A stretch of 63,958 bases of DNA, the filler included, from Dimorphilus gyrociliatus (taxonomy: Eukaryota > Animalia > Annelida): assembly GCA_904063045.1 (NCBI GenBank). It is 4 parts of 4 records of this genome, joined end to end, with 100 filler letters (N's around TTAATTAATTAA, not from the genome) between each part and the next. Parts side by side here need not be neighbours in the genome. Positions count along the whole stretch, not along the records: positions 1 to 18,837 come from CAJFCJ010000201.1; positions 18,938 to 47,224 come from CAJFCJ010000182.1; 2 more parts are not named here. The stretch is one strand, 5' to 3'. Position 1 is the first letter of the stretch; each line of letters starts with the position of its first letter. The position numbers and the translations under genes are program-made. The notes under the pieces were generated by a model. That model had not been told where the DNA came from and searched no databases. It saw nothing but the letters and a program-made list of their open reading frames with translations. Below, one piece after another: positions 12,712 to 25,500 of the stretch.

Positions 12712-14002
12712 TTTCATTAAAATACACTTAATCCTAAAAAATATTTATAATTTATTTTAAAACAATTTTTGATTTATTAATCATCGAACCTTAAAATTAG
12801 CGTTGCAAAAAAAAGTAGCACCATGTAATTTTCCATCCAATAGCTATAACCCCTACATTTTAAAAGCCCTTAAATGATCAGGCAACTTAGTGAAGAACCC
12901 AAACTGCTTATTATTCATGATTTGATCAATAACGAAACACAATTGTCAGTTTCAAGAAAATATAACTGTTCAAGATCAATAGTACAAAAAATAAAAAATA
13001 TGTAGGATGAATATAAATATATTACAAGGAGATGTGGTTCTGTTCGAAAAAAAACTTTCAAGTAATAATATCAAATACATATTGCTTTTTGGAAGAAAAA
13101 TCCTATCATCACGTTTAAGGAAATAAAGAATCAGCTTGCTATCGACTTAAAGGTTCAATTAAGTAGATATACCCTATCTAGAATGTTTAATAAATTCGCA
13201 ATAAAGTAGTATGTGCCACAATCAACCCACTTCTGAGCAAAGCACCCCGAATTAGAAGAACGGCCTTGTGTAACAAATTTCTAGAATATATCAAAGACGA
13301 ATTATCAAGTATAATATTTCCAGACAAGTGTAGATTTCATGTCTACCAGCCAGATAGTCAAATCTTTGTTCGGGAAAAGAAGAGGAGAAAGGCTACATCC
13401 GTAGCATGTAAAAAATATCGTTAAATACAAGGGAGGTCTATTCTGTTATAGGGGAGTATATAATCAAAAGGTGTAGAATCATTGGATTTCATTAATGAAA
13501 CTATGAATGCTGCGAGATACAAACAGCTTCTATGTCAAAACATGGGAGAGTCAGCTAATAAGATGGGACTAGAAAGCTTCATTTTTCAACATGATAACAC
13601 TTCTTGTCATAAATCAAAGATAATTTATTCACTATTTTAAGAAAAAATGGAAAATAATGAAATGGCCGGCTCAATCCCCATATTTAAATCCCATTGTGCA
13701 TAGTTGGGCTCTAATGGAAAAGAAACTGGAAGATTTAGGTATATTAAAAAAGAAGACCTAGAGTCGAATAAGCCAAACTTGGAATGAATTAGACTTAGAT
13801 ATAATCTGGGAATATTATCTTAGCTTCCAGAAGAAAACTTTAAGTTTATAGAGAGCTATTGGAAACTATATTGACAATTAAATTAAATGGTGCTACTTTT
13901 TTTTGCAACATTAATTTTAGAGGGTTCTATGATTAATCAATCAAAAACTATTTGTAATTAAATTATAAATATTTTTTAGGATTAAGTGTATTTTAATGAA
14001 AC
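12711..14002 (+). mobile_element. Tc1-like element with ~110-bp TIRs, degraded transposase
   Basis: GTTTCATTAAAATACACTTAATCCTAAAAAATATTTATAAT...AGTAGCACCA is inverted at 13888-14002. Internal HTH (MIRQLSEEPKLLII...), SKGVESLDFINETMNAARY, FQHDN and WPAQSPYLNPI. Confidence 0.88.
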
Positions 14003-14028
14003 TTCCATAAGTATAGCCTTATCCCCAA

Positions 14029-15110
14029 GGATCTGTACATCCGGTTGATTTTATTTCTTTGAGAGTGCTAATTTTTTTGAACCCGTTGTATATACTAAAA
14101 AAAGTTTTTTTATAAAGGTGGATGATAGAAATAAGTAAACTACTAATGATATAGTCGATAAATATGTACATCCCAATACTACACTAATTTATACAGACTC
14201 TTGGACTGAACATGATGGATTAATAGAAAAAGGATTTATTCATGACAAAGTAAATCATGAGGAATATTCCTAGCGATACTTCAATAAATCAGTTTATTTT
14301 CGATATTTTGTCTCAAAATAAACAAAGGATATCTGTAAACTGCAATAATTTACTACCTATTATAACAACTGTTCTTGAAATTTAGTTTTTAATTGTAAAT
14401 TTAAGTATTGTAGAAATGAAAAAGTAATTTTTACAAAAGAATATGTAATGTCATGTAAGATATATGGTTTTGGCTCAATAATTATAACGTTAGACAAATA
14501 GAACAAGTTTGACCTGAAATGGGAAAACATTATATTCCTACCTGAAGCCTTTGATCCAAAGGTAGAGGAATTCTACCATAAAAAATTTGGATCAATAGCA
14601 AGAAATGGGATAGAAATGGAGGTAGATGAATCAGGTTTAGTAAAACCAAATACAACGAAAAAATTATTGAAGGCATATAGGTGTTATGTTTGGTAGAAAG
14701 AACACCAGAAATAAAAATAATATTAGTACCAATACCTAAGAGAGATAGCCATAATATAAATCACAAATTTAATTTATATGTAAAAGAAGGTATTGTTGTC
14801 CACAGCTTATATTTAAAAGGCTATAAAGATGCCTCAATCAATTGAAAGCATCTTAAAGTGAATCATGAAAATAAGTATACCAATCATATTACGGGATCTG
14901 GTACGAATACTATAGAAGGAAATTGGAGAGCCATTAACCTCGAAGTTCTTAATAAATATATCGAAATGACCGAGATCATACCTGCTCTGTCTCGTTTATG
15001 TTACAAAGATGCTATCTTAAAGAATTTTTTGAATTTTTCGTTAAATTTTTTTTATGTTTTTTTATTTTTACAAATAAAAATAAAGGGTTTAATTTTTTTT
15101 AGTATGCTCT
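14029..15110 (+). mobile_element. Merlin (ISXO2-like) transposase relic, rearranged
   Basis: Reads GIEMEVDESG, CLVERTP, LKVNHENKYTNHITGSGTNTIEGNWRA. An extra C-terminal piece (TDSW..., HDKVNH) lies upstream. Starts with GGATC. Confidence 0.8.
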
Positions 15111-15529
15111 GAGGGGGTGTTGTGTATTTTGGTACTACAGTCTTTTTTTGTACTAAAAAGTAAAATTTCATTTATTTTAGATAAAATTAAAAAAAAAAGT
15201 TGCATGAATAATGATTTGTTAAATAAAAATAATTTTAACTTAAAAGTTATCAATTCTAAGAAAAAAATAAGTATAATACAACTACAATCAGAAGTTGATC
15301 AATTAAATAAACAGATTTTGATAATGACAGGACTATTTGAAAAATATTTAGACTCAAATTTAGAAATTTTTGTAAATTATAATAAATTTATGAAAGATAT
15401 TAAAAAATTAAATTAAATGGAAAAATTACAAAAGATTCCTTTTTTATTAAATTTTACACACATTTTCAAATTAAATTACAAAAAATATTTTTGTTAAAAA
15501 ATCTAGTTTTATTTAAAATTGATAATTAG

Positions 15530-18292
15530 TGTTAGATGGAATAACATCCCCCTCGAGAATAAACGTTCCTTCGTCTCTTATTAGTTTACCATAAAATTTA
15601 CTTTTTTTTATTATTTCTATCCCCTATTACGGCGTTTGGTAAGAACGAATAAGTGTCTCTACCAAAATAGTACAAGTAGTTTAGGATAAGATAGGTAAAT
15701 TAATAAGTTTTTTGATTTTTTTTGTGAATATTTGACGAATTAAAGTCCCTACCAAAATAACATAGAAAAGATTATATTATACAGCATAAAATTTTTATAG
15801 TTTATGCCTCTACTACTCTTTGAGTCATATTTTTATCTTCAATTGTAATAGTATTTCTAAAAATGTGAATAACTATATAGGTTTCATCATGGTATAAAGA
15901 ACAAATGGACAATGTCTTTTGCTAACGTTAGAATCAAAATCTTTAGCAATAATACATTTATCACCAATGTTGATTTTTCTATCTTCTATGGTTCTTATGT
16001 TATATTCTTCTTTATATAATAGTTTTTGCATCTTGTAATATTTCAATTCTTTTACTGTTCATATCATTAGGATCCATTCATCTAAAAATACAAATGGGGT
16101 TTAATTGGTTACAATGTAGACTATGTTGTTATTGAAAAATTATTTCATCATGTAAACCAATCCATCTTTCATCGACTTCTCCCCCTTTTCTAAGTCGTAG
16201 TTTTAAGGTTCTATTGAATCTCTCAATAACTCCTTGAGATTGAGGACGTCTAAACCGGCCTGTAATGTGAGAAACATTGTACCTCTCACATATTTGACTC
16301 ATTAGATTGTTAACAAATTCGCTTCCATTGTCTGTAAGTAGAAATTTCCATGGTCCCTCAATCCTAAATCTCCTCGAAAATCTATTATTGATTGTTACAG
16401 TTTTGTTTATTCAATAGCCGAAAACGTATTTCGAAAAGCAGTATATTATATTAAGAATGTATTTATTATAACCTTCATTTAGTTATACATATCTTGATAT
16501 GTCAATTATGCCAGCTTTTAGTCTTTCATGTATTGTATATACAATAATTGGTTGAATATGTGTTACATTGGCAATCGAAATGCCCCTTTGACAACCTTCG
16601 CATACACTTACATAGTTTTTTAGATGAGTTTCCTTGATATTTGCATAGTATATACCAATGTTTTTTTCATTTTTCTCGGACAAACTTGCCCAGGTAAATG
16701 AGTCCGATTTGATATATCCAGTCTTTTATTTTCTTCAAAGTTACATGTATATAATCTGATTTCTGATTCTTTTTTCAAAAATAAATCCCTTTCTTTTAAT
16801 AAAAACTGGCTACACTTGGTTTTTAGGGACCTATTTTATGCTTTGTTATGATCTCTTGGAAGATTACCACTTCTTAAATATGAAATTATTATCTCTTTTT
16901 TTCGGGCAAGCTAAGTTATTAATACTAAGAATTTTAGAAATGGGATAAAAAATAACAAATTATTAAATTTATATGAAATTGTAGAAATAAGACAAAAATA
17001 TTCGTATGATAAAGAATCTTAGTTTTTAATTTTTGCCAAAAAAGTTAAAAAATTGTTTTTTTAAAAACTACAATTAAATATGAATAAATGGCATCTCGGA
17101 GTTTTCCAGTCCCCCCGGGAATAGGCCTTAATCTAAAAACTTTCCCCCTAACAAATGATAAAAATTTTGAAAAGAGAAATAAAAAATATTGAAAAAATAG
17201 CACAAACTTATCTTAATTTAAACTATTATTCAATAAAATGTAAAAAATGTTTAAGAAAAGAAAGATGGTTAATTAAAAAAATACTTATTTTCAAATGTAA
17301 TAGCAAAAGATGTGAATTTAAATCATCAACAAAACTTAATGGGACAAAATTTAGTGATTTAGGCTTATCAATAAAAAAGATATTTAATATCATTTATAAT
17401 ATTTTAAACGGTGCTGATATAAAATCGTTAATTAACTTTGAAAAAACAACTAAAAAAAAATAATAGATGGTGTAAGAATAATAAAGAAAATATTCTGAAC
17501 AATTTTAACCACTTAGCTGGTCATGACAAAGTAATTGAAATAGATGAGAGCAAATTTGGAAAGACAAAGTACCATAGGGGCATAAGATTGAAGGTGTTTG
17601 GGGGTTAGGGATGTTAGAGAAAGAAATAGGGCATGTAATAGCAGTTCCCTTGGAATCAAAAAAACCAATTGAACTTAGATATTATATACAAAAATACGTA
17701 AAAAAGGGCTTTGCAATTATGACTGACTATTGGAAAGGATATAGAGACTTAAATATACTAGGCTATATATCTAAAAAAGTAAATCATACTAAGTTTTATA
17801 AAGCCCCAATAACAGGAGGACATATAAATACAATAGAAGGTATGTGAAATGGAACGAAAGTATTTATAAAACCGAGATATAAAACATACAAATTAATTAA
17901 GATATTTCTTTATTTATACATGTTTAAAAAAAGAAATCTAGTTGATCTGGATAATATAATTAAAACTCTAATTTCATAATAAGCATTTAATACTATATTT
18001 TTATAAATTCACAATTTATTAGAAAATGTGAGATTTTTTGCGGGCATCCCCTGTGAATAGAGGGACCACTTAGCCCAGAACAATAATAAGAATTGAAAGC
18101 TAAATATTTATTAAAAAATTTGATACTAAATTAATATAATTTTTTTATGCTATTTTGGTAGGGACGCTCATTCGTCCTTACCAAAACAGTGCAATAGTGA
18201 TTAAAAGTAATTAAAAGAAGTTAATTCTATGGTAAATTAATAGGAAATAAAGGAACATTTATTCATCGAGGGGTATGTAATTCAACCCAACA
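15530..18292 (-). mobile_element. Old Ginger-like element with long diverged TIRs and degraded rve integrase (~15800-16900), carrying a nested Merlin
   Basis: 15530-15680 is an imperfect inverted repeat of 18150-18292, with termini TGTTAG / TGTTGG. Minus-strand fragments: CEGCQR, IHERLKAGIIDIS, GRPQSQGVIERFNRTLKLRL. Confidence 0.8.
17090..18075 (+). mobile_element. Merlin (ISXO2-like) transposon nested in the Ginger-like element
   Basis: N-terminal CKKC...FKCNSKRC zinc ribbon, then VIEIDESKFGKTKYHRGH, EGVWGLGM, MTDYWKGY, KVNH and NTIEGM*. Element boundaries are approximate. Confidence 0.9.
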
Positions 18293-18339
18293 ATGTTTAT
18301 ACTAAAAAGTTGTTTTATATATTTTTTATATTTTTTTGT

Positions 18340-18837
18340 AAGGAAAATGGGACATTCATATTTAAAAACTTAATATTTGTAACTTTATATTACTTTATTG
18401 AGGGTATTGTTCTTTTTACTTTTTCCTTTTCTTGTCTTACTCTTCTCTCTATTGTTCATCTCCTCAAATACTTCCCTTACTTTTCCTCTATTCATTTTTT
18501 CTCTTAATCTCTTCTTTCTTATTAAACTCGTTCTAAACCTATCATAATACTTTCTAGTGTTCTTTTCATAGTGACATATTGAATATAAGTGAAACATTTC
18601 TTGGAATCCCAATCTCTTGACATACAACTTATTAAAATTAGTTACAAATCATCCCATGTTAATACGAATGGAATTACTCTCACCTTGTATTTCCATCTAC
18701 TTTCGAGTTCCTTTCTTAAAATATCATATTTTCTTTTTTTTTCTGTTCTACACTTTTTAAATTGATTCTGGAAGTTATTTCTTTTCTATAATTTTAATAG
18801 TTTTATTTATTTTATCATATACTATTATATCTGGTTT
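18340..18837 (-). mobile_element. 3' end of an RLE-type non-LTR retrotransposon (restriction-like endonuclease domain)
   Basis: Reads KPDIIVYDKINKTIKIIE..ITS..NLKSVE.KKRKYDIL..EL...WKYKVRVIPFVLTWD, the PD-(D/E)xK pattern of R2/R4/NeSL-like elements. Truncated by the contig end. Confidence 0.8.
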
Positions 18838-18937
18838 NNNNNNNNNNNNNNNNNNNNNNNNNNNNNNNNNNNNNNNNNNNNTTAATTAATTAANNNNNNN
18901 NNNNNNNNNNNNNNNNNNNNNNNNNNNNNNNNNNNNN
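18838..18937. other. Artificial contig spacer (N44-TTAATTAATTAA-N44)
   Basis: Exact 100-bp spacer whose core gives stops in all six frames; found three times. Confidence 0.98.
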
Positions 18938-19349
18938 CGGGTTAGGGTTGAACCAAATATAAAGGTTTTTAGGGGATAAAACTGTACCTTTCACTGCTTA
19001 CAGGAGATTTGTCCTTGAAGATTTTGTCCTTGGACAATTTGAAAACTTTGTTGAATTTCTTGAGATTTCATAAAATAAATTAAAACTAACCCTAAAACTA
19101 ACCATGACCTAAAATTGGACAAAGTTTCAGACATATTTTGCTAAAGGTTGCAATTTCCTTATTAGTACTTTTTTAGTGGAAAGGCTAAAGCATTGATTTA
19201 TTTATTTGCAGCTTGAGTAAAATTTTATATTAACAGCTATGGTTATAATTGCTCAATAACCATGCGTTTATGGTTATAACTCTGTATAAAATACTTATTA
19301 CCTTATTTTTTTTTAATGGTAAAAATTTAATTTAGCAAAACAATCTGTA

Positions 19350-19565
19350 AGTGAATCCATACAAAGTGGAAACATGCTGGAAACTTGTTCCAAAATGCAA
19401 GAAATCAGTCCAGAGGAGAATGATTGTAGGATAAATGGATTTTTAAGGATCTGTAATGGACTCCTCCATTCATCAGGCAATTTTAAAAAAATTGATTTCA
19501 GTTTCTGTGTCTAACTGAAAACCAATCAATACAAATTGGTAATATGTTGAAGCATTGTTGTTAGT
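19350..19565 (+). pseudogene. Fragment of an RI-like LRR gene paralogous to 30354-33657
   Basis: SGNMLETCSKMQEI...GFLRICNGLLHSSGNFKKIDFSFC-LTENQSIQIGNMLKHC resembles GFLEICNGLSKSKNSLKHINFSGC and INFSNCNLNEGQGNKIGEILNNC in the large LRR ORF; frameshifted. Confidence 0.7.
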
Positions 19566-22500
19566 AGATGTTGTTTGCCATCTTACTACCTCACCTGTAG
19601 GTAATTGACTACCATCTTGCCAAGTAAATTTACCATTGTTCTTTGCCAATCCTAATCGTGTTCTTTTTTCATTTCTATTTATAAATATTTTCTCAATTAA
19701 TTGAAACAATTAGTAGAAAAATTGTAAATAAAAATCTTCCTACTGAGTAAGAAAACCTTGGAAAAATACATTTAAAATTTCATCATATTTTGGCATTATC
19801 ATATAACCATCACCTGTCCATGGTATACCTTTACACTGTTCAATGGCTTTGTTGTAATGATAAGTTGTAGAGTAAGGGTAGGAAATACATTTTGTGCTGA
19901 AGAGAAAATATCCAGGAGGACAGGCTGAAGAAGAATTTTTTTAAGATTTCGAAAATTAATATTCAATTGCAAAATATATGACTACCTGAATATTTTTTAC
20001 CATGAACATATATTTTCAAGCAAGTAGGCTGATTTTTATTCTCAATGAAGATTGATAAGTATACAGTCAAAATTGGAGTGGATAAGTGAATTTCGCATGT
20101 CGACTGAAAAAAAGGAAAATGTCTTATAAAGAAAAATGAAAATAGTGGACATATACTACTTACATTTGAAATTATGATATCAATTCCTTGAGTATATGTA
20201 TACCACTGTACACTATCAAGTGAGTATTTTATTGTTAAATCCAAGTTCTTTGTTGTATTGGAAAGAATAGTAAATCCAGTAACAGTATATACTTTTTTGA
20301 AATTTAAACTTAGATTAAATAATTGTTAAAACTGGTTGTCACATGCTAAATTTGAATTTTTGTCAATTGGTCCCCAAGAGAAAGAATTTCCAATTGTATC
20401 TTCATCAACAATAATCTTTTCCTTAAAATTTTCACTATTCTCAACAGCATTTTGTTCTAAAGAATTAAAAAGAAAACCAGTTTTTGTGAAAAGAAAAAAA
20501 ATTTAAATATAGAAAATTTTTTTGTACGTTTTATGCAACCAATAATTTCTAAACGTATGCCTCTCCCTCCTACAAAGCTTTTGGATGAAAATCTGATAAA
20601 TCTTAACTCAAGAGTTTCATTAAAAAGTATTAAATTTTTCATATTTGTAATCCATCTAGGATGTTTTCTTACAGATAGTTTCTGTGAGGACAGATCAATT
20701 TTTTTATGTATTATACATAAGTTAGTTTTTATTTTGTCATAGATTTCACATTATAAACTCTATTTTTTTTACCTCATCATGAAACTTCCATCCATGAATT
20801 CTATGCAATGAATATTCTACTTTAAATTCATAAATGTAATAGTTCTGATTTTTACACCTTTGTGCAATAAAACCAGTCACATAGTAAACATGACCTAAAT
20901 CTAATTGTATGTATTTATCAGAATTTGCTGCCCAACAGGTGTCGCTATTTAATCTAATGTTAATAGACGGATAATTATCCATAGAAGCTTGTGCAATGAT
21001 TTGAGAAGCATGTATTTGATCCAGTTTCTCGAGTCCCAAAGGATGGTTGCATTGCGGAGTATTCATTGGCCATTGCTCTTCTCCAATATATCTTCCATAC
21101 AACTGAATATTTAAAATTTGATATGTCTTATATTCAGTTGGATTGAATCTAAACCCCTTACAAACAACATTAGGGGGTAATACATGATTGTTGAAATAAT
21201 CTCCACCATCTTGTATAAAATATGGCTGTTGTCATAGGAACATTGAATGAAATATATTACAGTATATGATATTCGTACGGAAAATTTTGTGCTGGTTTTA
21301 CTAAAAGTGATTAGTTTCTATTGTTTCTTCAATCAATAGATGGAATATTATATCATCTTTTAGTAAAATTAGCATAACATCTTCTTCAATATGTATTGAA
21401 TATCTTACAATAAAATCTCCATCCTTATCATTTATTGGTAGCCAATGGTGATAGATAGATCTTCTATAGAAAACATGAGCTCTAATAGTGTAATAGGAAG
21501 AAGTCAATTGGGCAGATGTAGTAAAGGAAGTCAATAAAACTAATCTTTCAAAATCAACTTGTAGATAGCATTCAACAGTTTTAGCACACCTGACACCACT
21601 CTGTGGAGAATCAACATAACCTAGACGATATTGCTTATTTGTGTCAGGGTAGTTGAGATTATCATAGTGTACAGTAACATTAAAATCTTCTTCTTGTTCA
21701 TAATTTCCTTCTGGCAATAGTTTATAGCTCTTTCTATCAAAGCAAAAATACTCGTAATAATGATGGTTTGATGTTAAAAATTTGTCTTCATTGTAATTTT
21801 ACTGATGAACTATTTGAATTGTAAATATTACATTCTGTTCTAAAATGCACTCTATAAAATGAATATGTAAATTAGTGTATGCAAATAGTAAATTTATAAT
21901 TTACGTACTTGTGTAGCCAACTGACTGATTTGCACATCTTGTGAGAGAGACAATAGTTTAGGCATATTGCTATATTAGTTATATCAATAGATTCTATTTT
22001 AAATTGATCGTGTAATCTGTATGATGGTCTTAGTGACCATACAGGTTGACATTCTTTCTTCCTCATTATAATCGCTTAAGTCATCTGGCACTGTTGAAAT
22101 TAAGAAGAAATATTACATTTGTTTACTTTTCCGTTAATGCATGCATAAGTAGAATTTATTTTTTTTTGAAAAATGCATTTTATCGAAAGATACGTCTTTT
22201 TTCAAAAAATTTCTAAAAATGAAATTTCATTGATTGTTTACCTTTGGGAAAACAATTTTTTCTCATTAACAAGTTCTTAATAAATTGAAAATAATTTTTT
22301 TCGAAAATATTGCATTTTTAAAAAAATGAAATTTTTAATAAAATACTAACAGTTTGCCTTTGTCTCACACATTGCGTAGGCATGAACAGTACATTTAATT
22401 TTAAATAAATAATTTTTTACATGAATGCATGAATGGTAATAATCAGGACTGTAGTCAGCGTGAAATTTTAAATAGTTTGTTACTGGTGTTCCATCCAACC

Positions 22501-25500
22501 AAACATATTTACCCAAAGTTGTTTGCTTAGCTCTGATAAAAATACCATAAGTTGTATCTCTAATTACATTCAAATGTCTTTTATTAATTTTAATGAAATA
22601 TATTTTATTTTACAATTTTGTTTACCTAAAGTTGAAAAATCTTTGAACAAAATCAGTTTCAAGTGTATTTTTTGGCATTACTAGATAACCTTGACCTTTC
22701 CAGCTAAATCCTGATTGACAAAATTTCGCGCTACTCTCAAAATTGCCTGGTGTTTCAGAGATCATATAGCACTTGTCCAAATGCCTCACTGAACCTGGAG
22801 GACATATTGGTGCTTTTTCACCATATAATTCAAATCTGACACATTGTTTTGGTCCATTTATAAAATCAAGACGAATATATCTAAAGCGTAAAGCTGGTGA
22901 TGCAGCAAGAGTTGTATGATTAACTTCAAAGTCACATTCTAATTCCTAAAATCAAAGAGAAAAAAATTTAAATATATTGACACCAGTTTTCATAATGATG
23001 TAATATCTTATTCTTACTTGATCAACTTTGATCACATTTGTTGCATTGTATTGTGACCCAGATAGAAAAATATTCTCACAGATATCTCTTAAAATATTAT
23101 CTTTATAGTAAATAAATATCCTCTCTATATAGTGAATTAAGCCTAGATCAACTGACCACCAGGCATCTATTTCACTTGGTCTCTTACACCAGAATGAATG
23201 TTTAGTATTTAATGCCATTTTTGGTGAATTTATAGGCTTATTTTCAGAGGATGCAGCGGCAATTTTGGGAAATTTATCAGTAACATTCAGTTGAGGATAT
23301 TTTACTGGGTAGCCATACAATTCCATACCGAAAAATGTTCCACCGCTTGATTTAATGTTAAAAAATCTAAGATAATGACCAACTATTGGTTGTTTGAATT
23401 CAACAATTGTAGGAGTATTTAAAAATTGCGCATTGTATTGTCTAGTTGCACCACTTTCCGTTTTGTCAATAGACCAATCCAAAAGATTATCAGAGTACTT
23501 GACACTAAAACTTTTGATGTAAAAATTATTTGAACAGCTACCTTCTATTAAAGATTTTATTGTTTCATATCGAATGCCAAGGTCAAGTTGGAAAAATGTT
23601 TCAACCAAATAATATCCTCCCGATATCAAATAGGAATTACAGCCTAATCGAATTTCATGAATTCCATTAGTAGGATTCGTTTTAACTCCACTAATCATTT
23701 GAGAATGTAAGATATAAAGATTTTCCAAACCAAGAGGTTTAATATAATTCTTAGTGACATTCACACTACAACCATAAACTTCCAATCGAACTCCAGCTTC
23801 TTCTGTTCCTGATGCTGGAGTGAATTTAAGATATTGACCAATTAAAGGTGTATAGAATGAATTATGGGCAAGTGACAGATGATTAAAATTTCCATAAAAT
23901 TTCTAAAAATAGATCAAATAAATTGGAACTAAGGCCTATAACTTTAAAAAGTGTTTTAAATTACCATTACATGTACGAAAGGGATCCAAAATTTATTGGA
24001 GACCTAAAAATTCTGATTTTCAACCTTGGGTTCTTTTCTACTTTAAGGGAAAAATAGCAATATCTCATTTTATATTACAAGGAACAGGAATGCCAAATGA
24101 TGAAGGATATATTAAATCTTTTTCAATACATTCATCTTTAGATAATGAAGATTATAAAGATGTTGTTTGGGATTATGACAATACATATGTGTTTCAAGGA
24201 CTATTTGATAATACTTATGCAAGATTATATAGGTTTCAAACAGTTCTTAAGACACAATATTTAAAATTCAACCTGACTAGCAAAGGGTCATATTTTGCTA
24301 TGCAAATTGAATTATATGGTTGTGTAGAATTTATTCCTGATTGTTTCTCTTTACCAACAACATCAAACTTTCAAGTTAAAGGAGCTGATAAACCTGTAAA
24401 ATTGAAATGTCTTGGAGATTGGACTGTACTAGGTCAGAATCTAGATAAGGCTGAGTCATGGTCCAGAGGTTGGTTGGACTATAAAAATGGATTTGAAAGT
24501 GAAAAAATATTCTGGGCTGGTAATCAGTTAGCAACTTANNNNNNNNNNNNNNNNNNNNNNNNNNNNNNNNNNNNNNNNNNNNNNNNNNNNNNNNNNNNNN
24601 NNNNNNNNNNNNNNNNNNNNNNNNNNNNNNNNNNNNNNNNNNNNNNNNNNNNNNNNNNNNNNNNNNNNNNNNNNNNNNNNNNNNNNNNNNNNNNNNNNNN
24701 NNNNNNNNNNNNNNNNNNNNNNNNNNNNNNNNNNNNNNNNNNNNNNNNNNNNNNNNNNNNNNNNNNNNNNNNNNNNNNNNNNNNNNNNNNNNNNNNNNNN
24801 NNNNNNNNNNNNNNNNNNNNNNNNNNNNNNNNNNNNNNNNNNNNNNNNNNNNNNNNNNNNNNNNNNNNNNNNNNNNNNNNNNNNNNNNNNNNNNNNNNNN
24901 NNNNNNNNNNNNNNNNNNNNNNNNNNNNNNNNNNNNNNNNNNNNNNNNNNNNNNNNNNNNNNNNNNNNNNNNNNNNNNNNNNNNNNNNNNNNNNNNNNNN
25001 NNNNNNNNNNNNNNNNNNNNNNNNNNNNNNNNNNNNNNNNNNNNNNNNNNNNNNNNNNNNNNNNNNNNNNNNNNNNNNNNNNNNNNNNNNNNNNNNNNNN
25101 NNNNNNNNNNNNNNNNNNNNNNNNNNNNNNNNNNNNNNNNNNNNNNNNNNNNNNNNNNNNNNNNNNNNNNNNNNNNNNNNNNNNNNNNNNNNNNNNNNNN
25201 NNNNNNNNNNNNNNNNNNNNNNNNNNNNNNNNNNNNNNNNNNNNNNNNNNNNNNNNNNNNNNNNNNNNNNNNNNNNNNNNNNNNNNNNNNNNNNNNNNNN
25301 NNNNNNNNNNNNNNNNNNNNNNNNNNNNNNNNNNNNNNNNNNNNNNNNNNNNNNNNNNNNNNNNAGGAAAAATAAAACTGGTATTTAATGTCCAAAAGGT
25401 AATTCGTAATTTCGTAGCTGAATGAAGGTTTAATAAGGTTATATTGATAGTTTGGTTATCTGGTTGGCTAGTTCTATACTGATCCAATGATTTCCAAACA

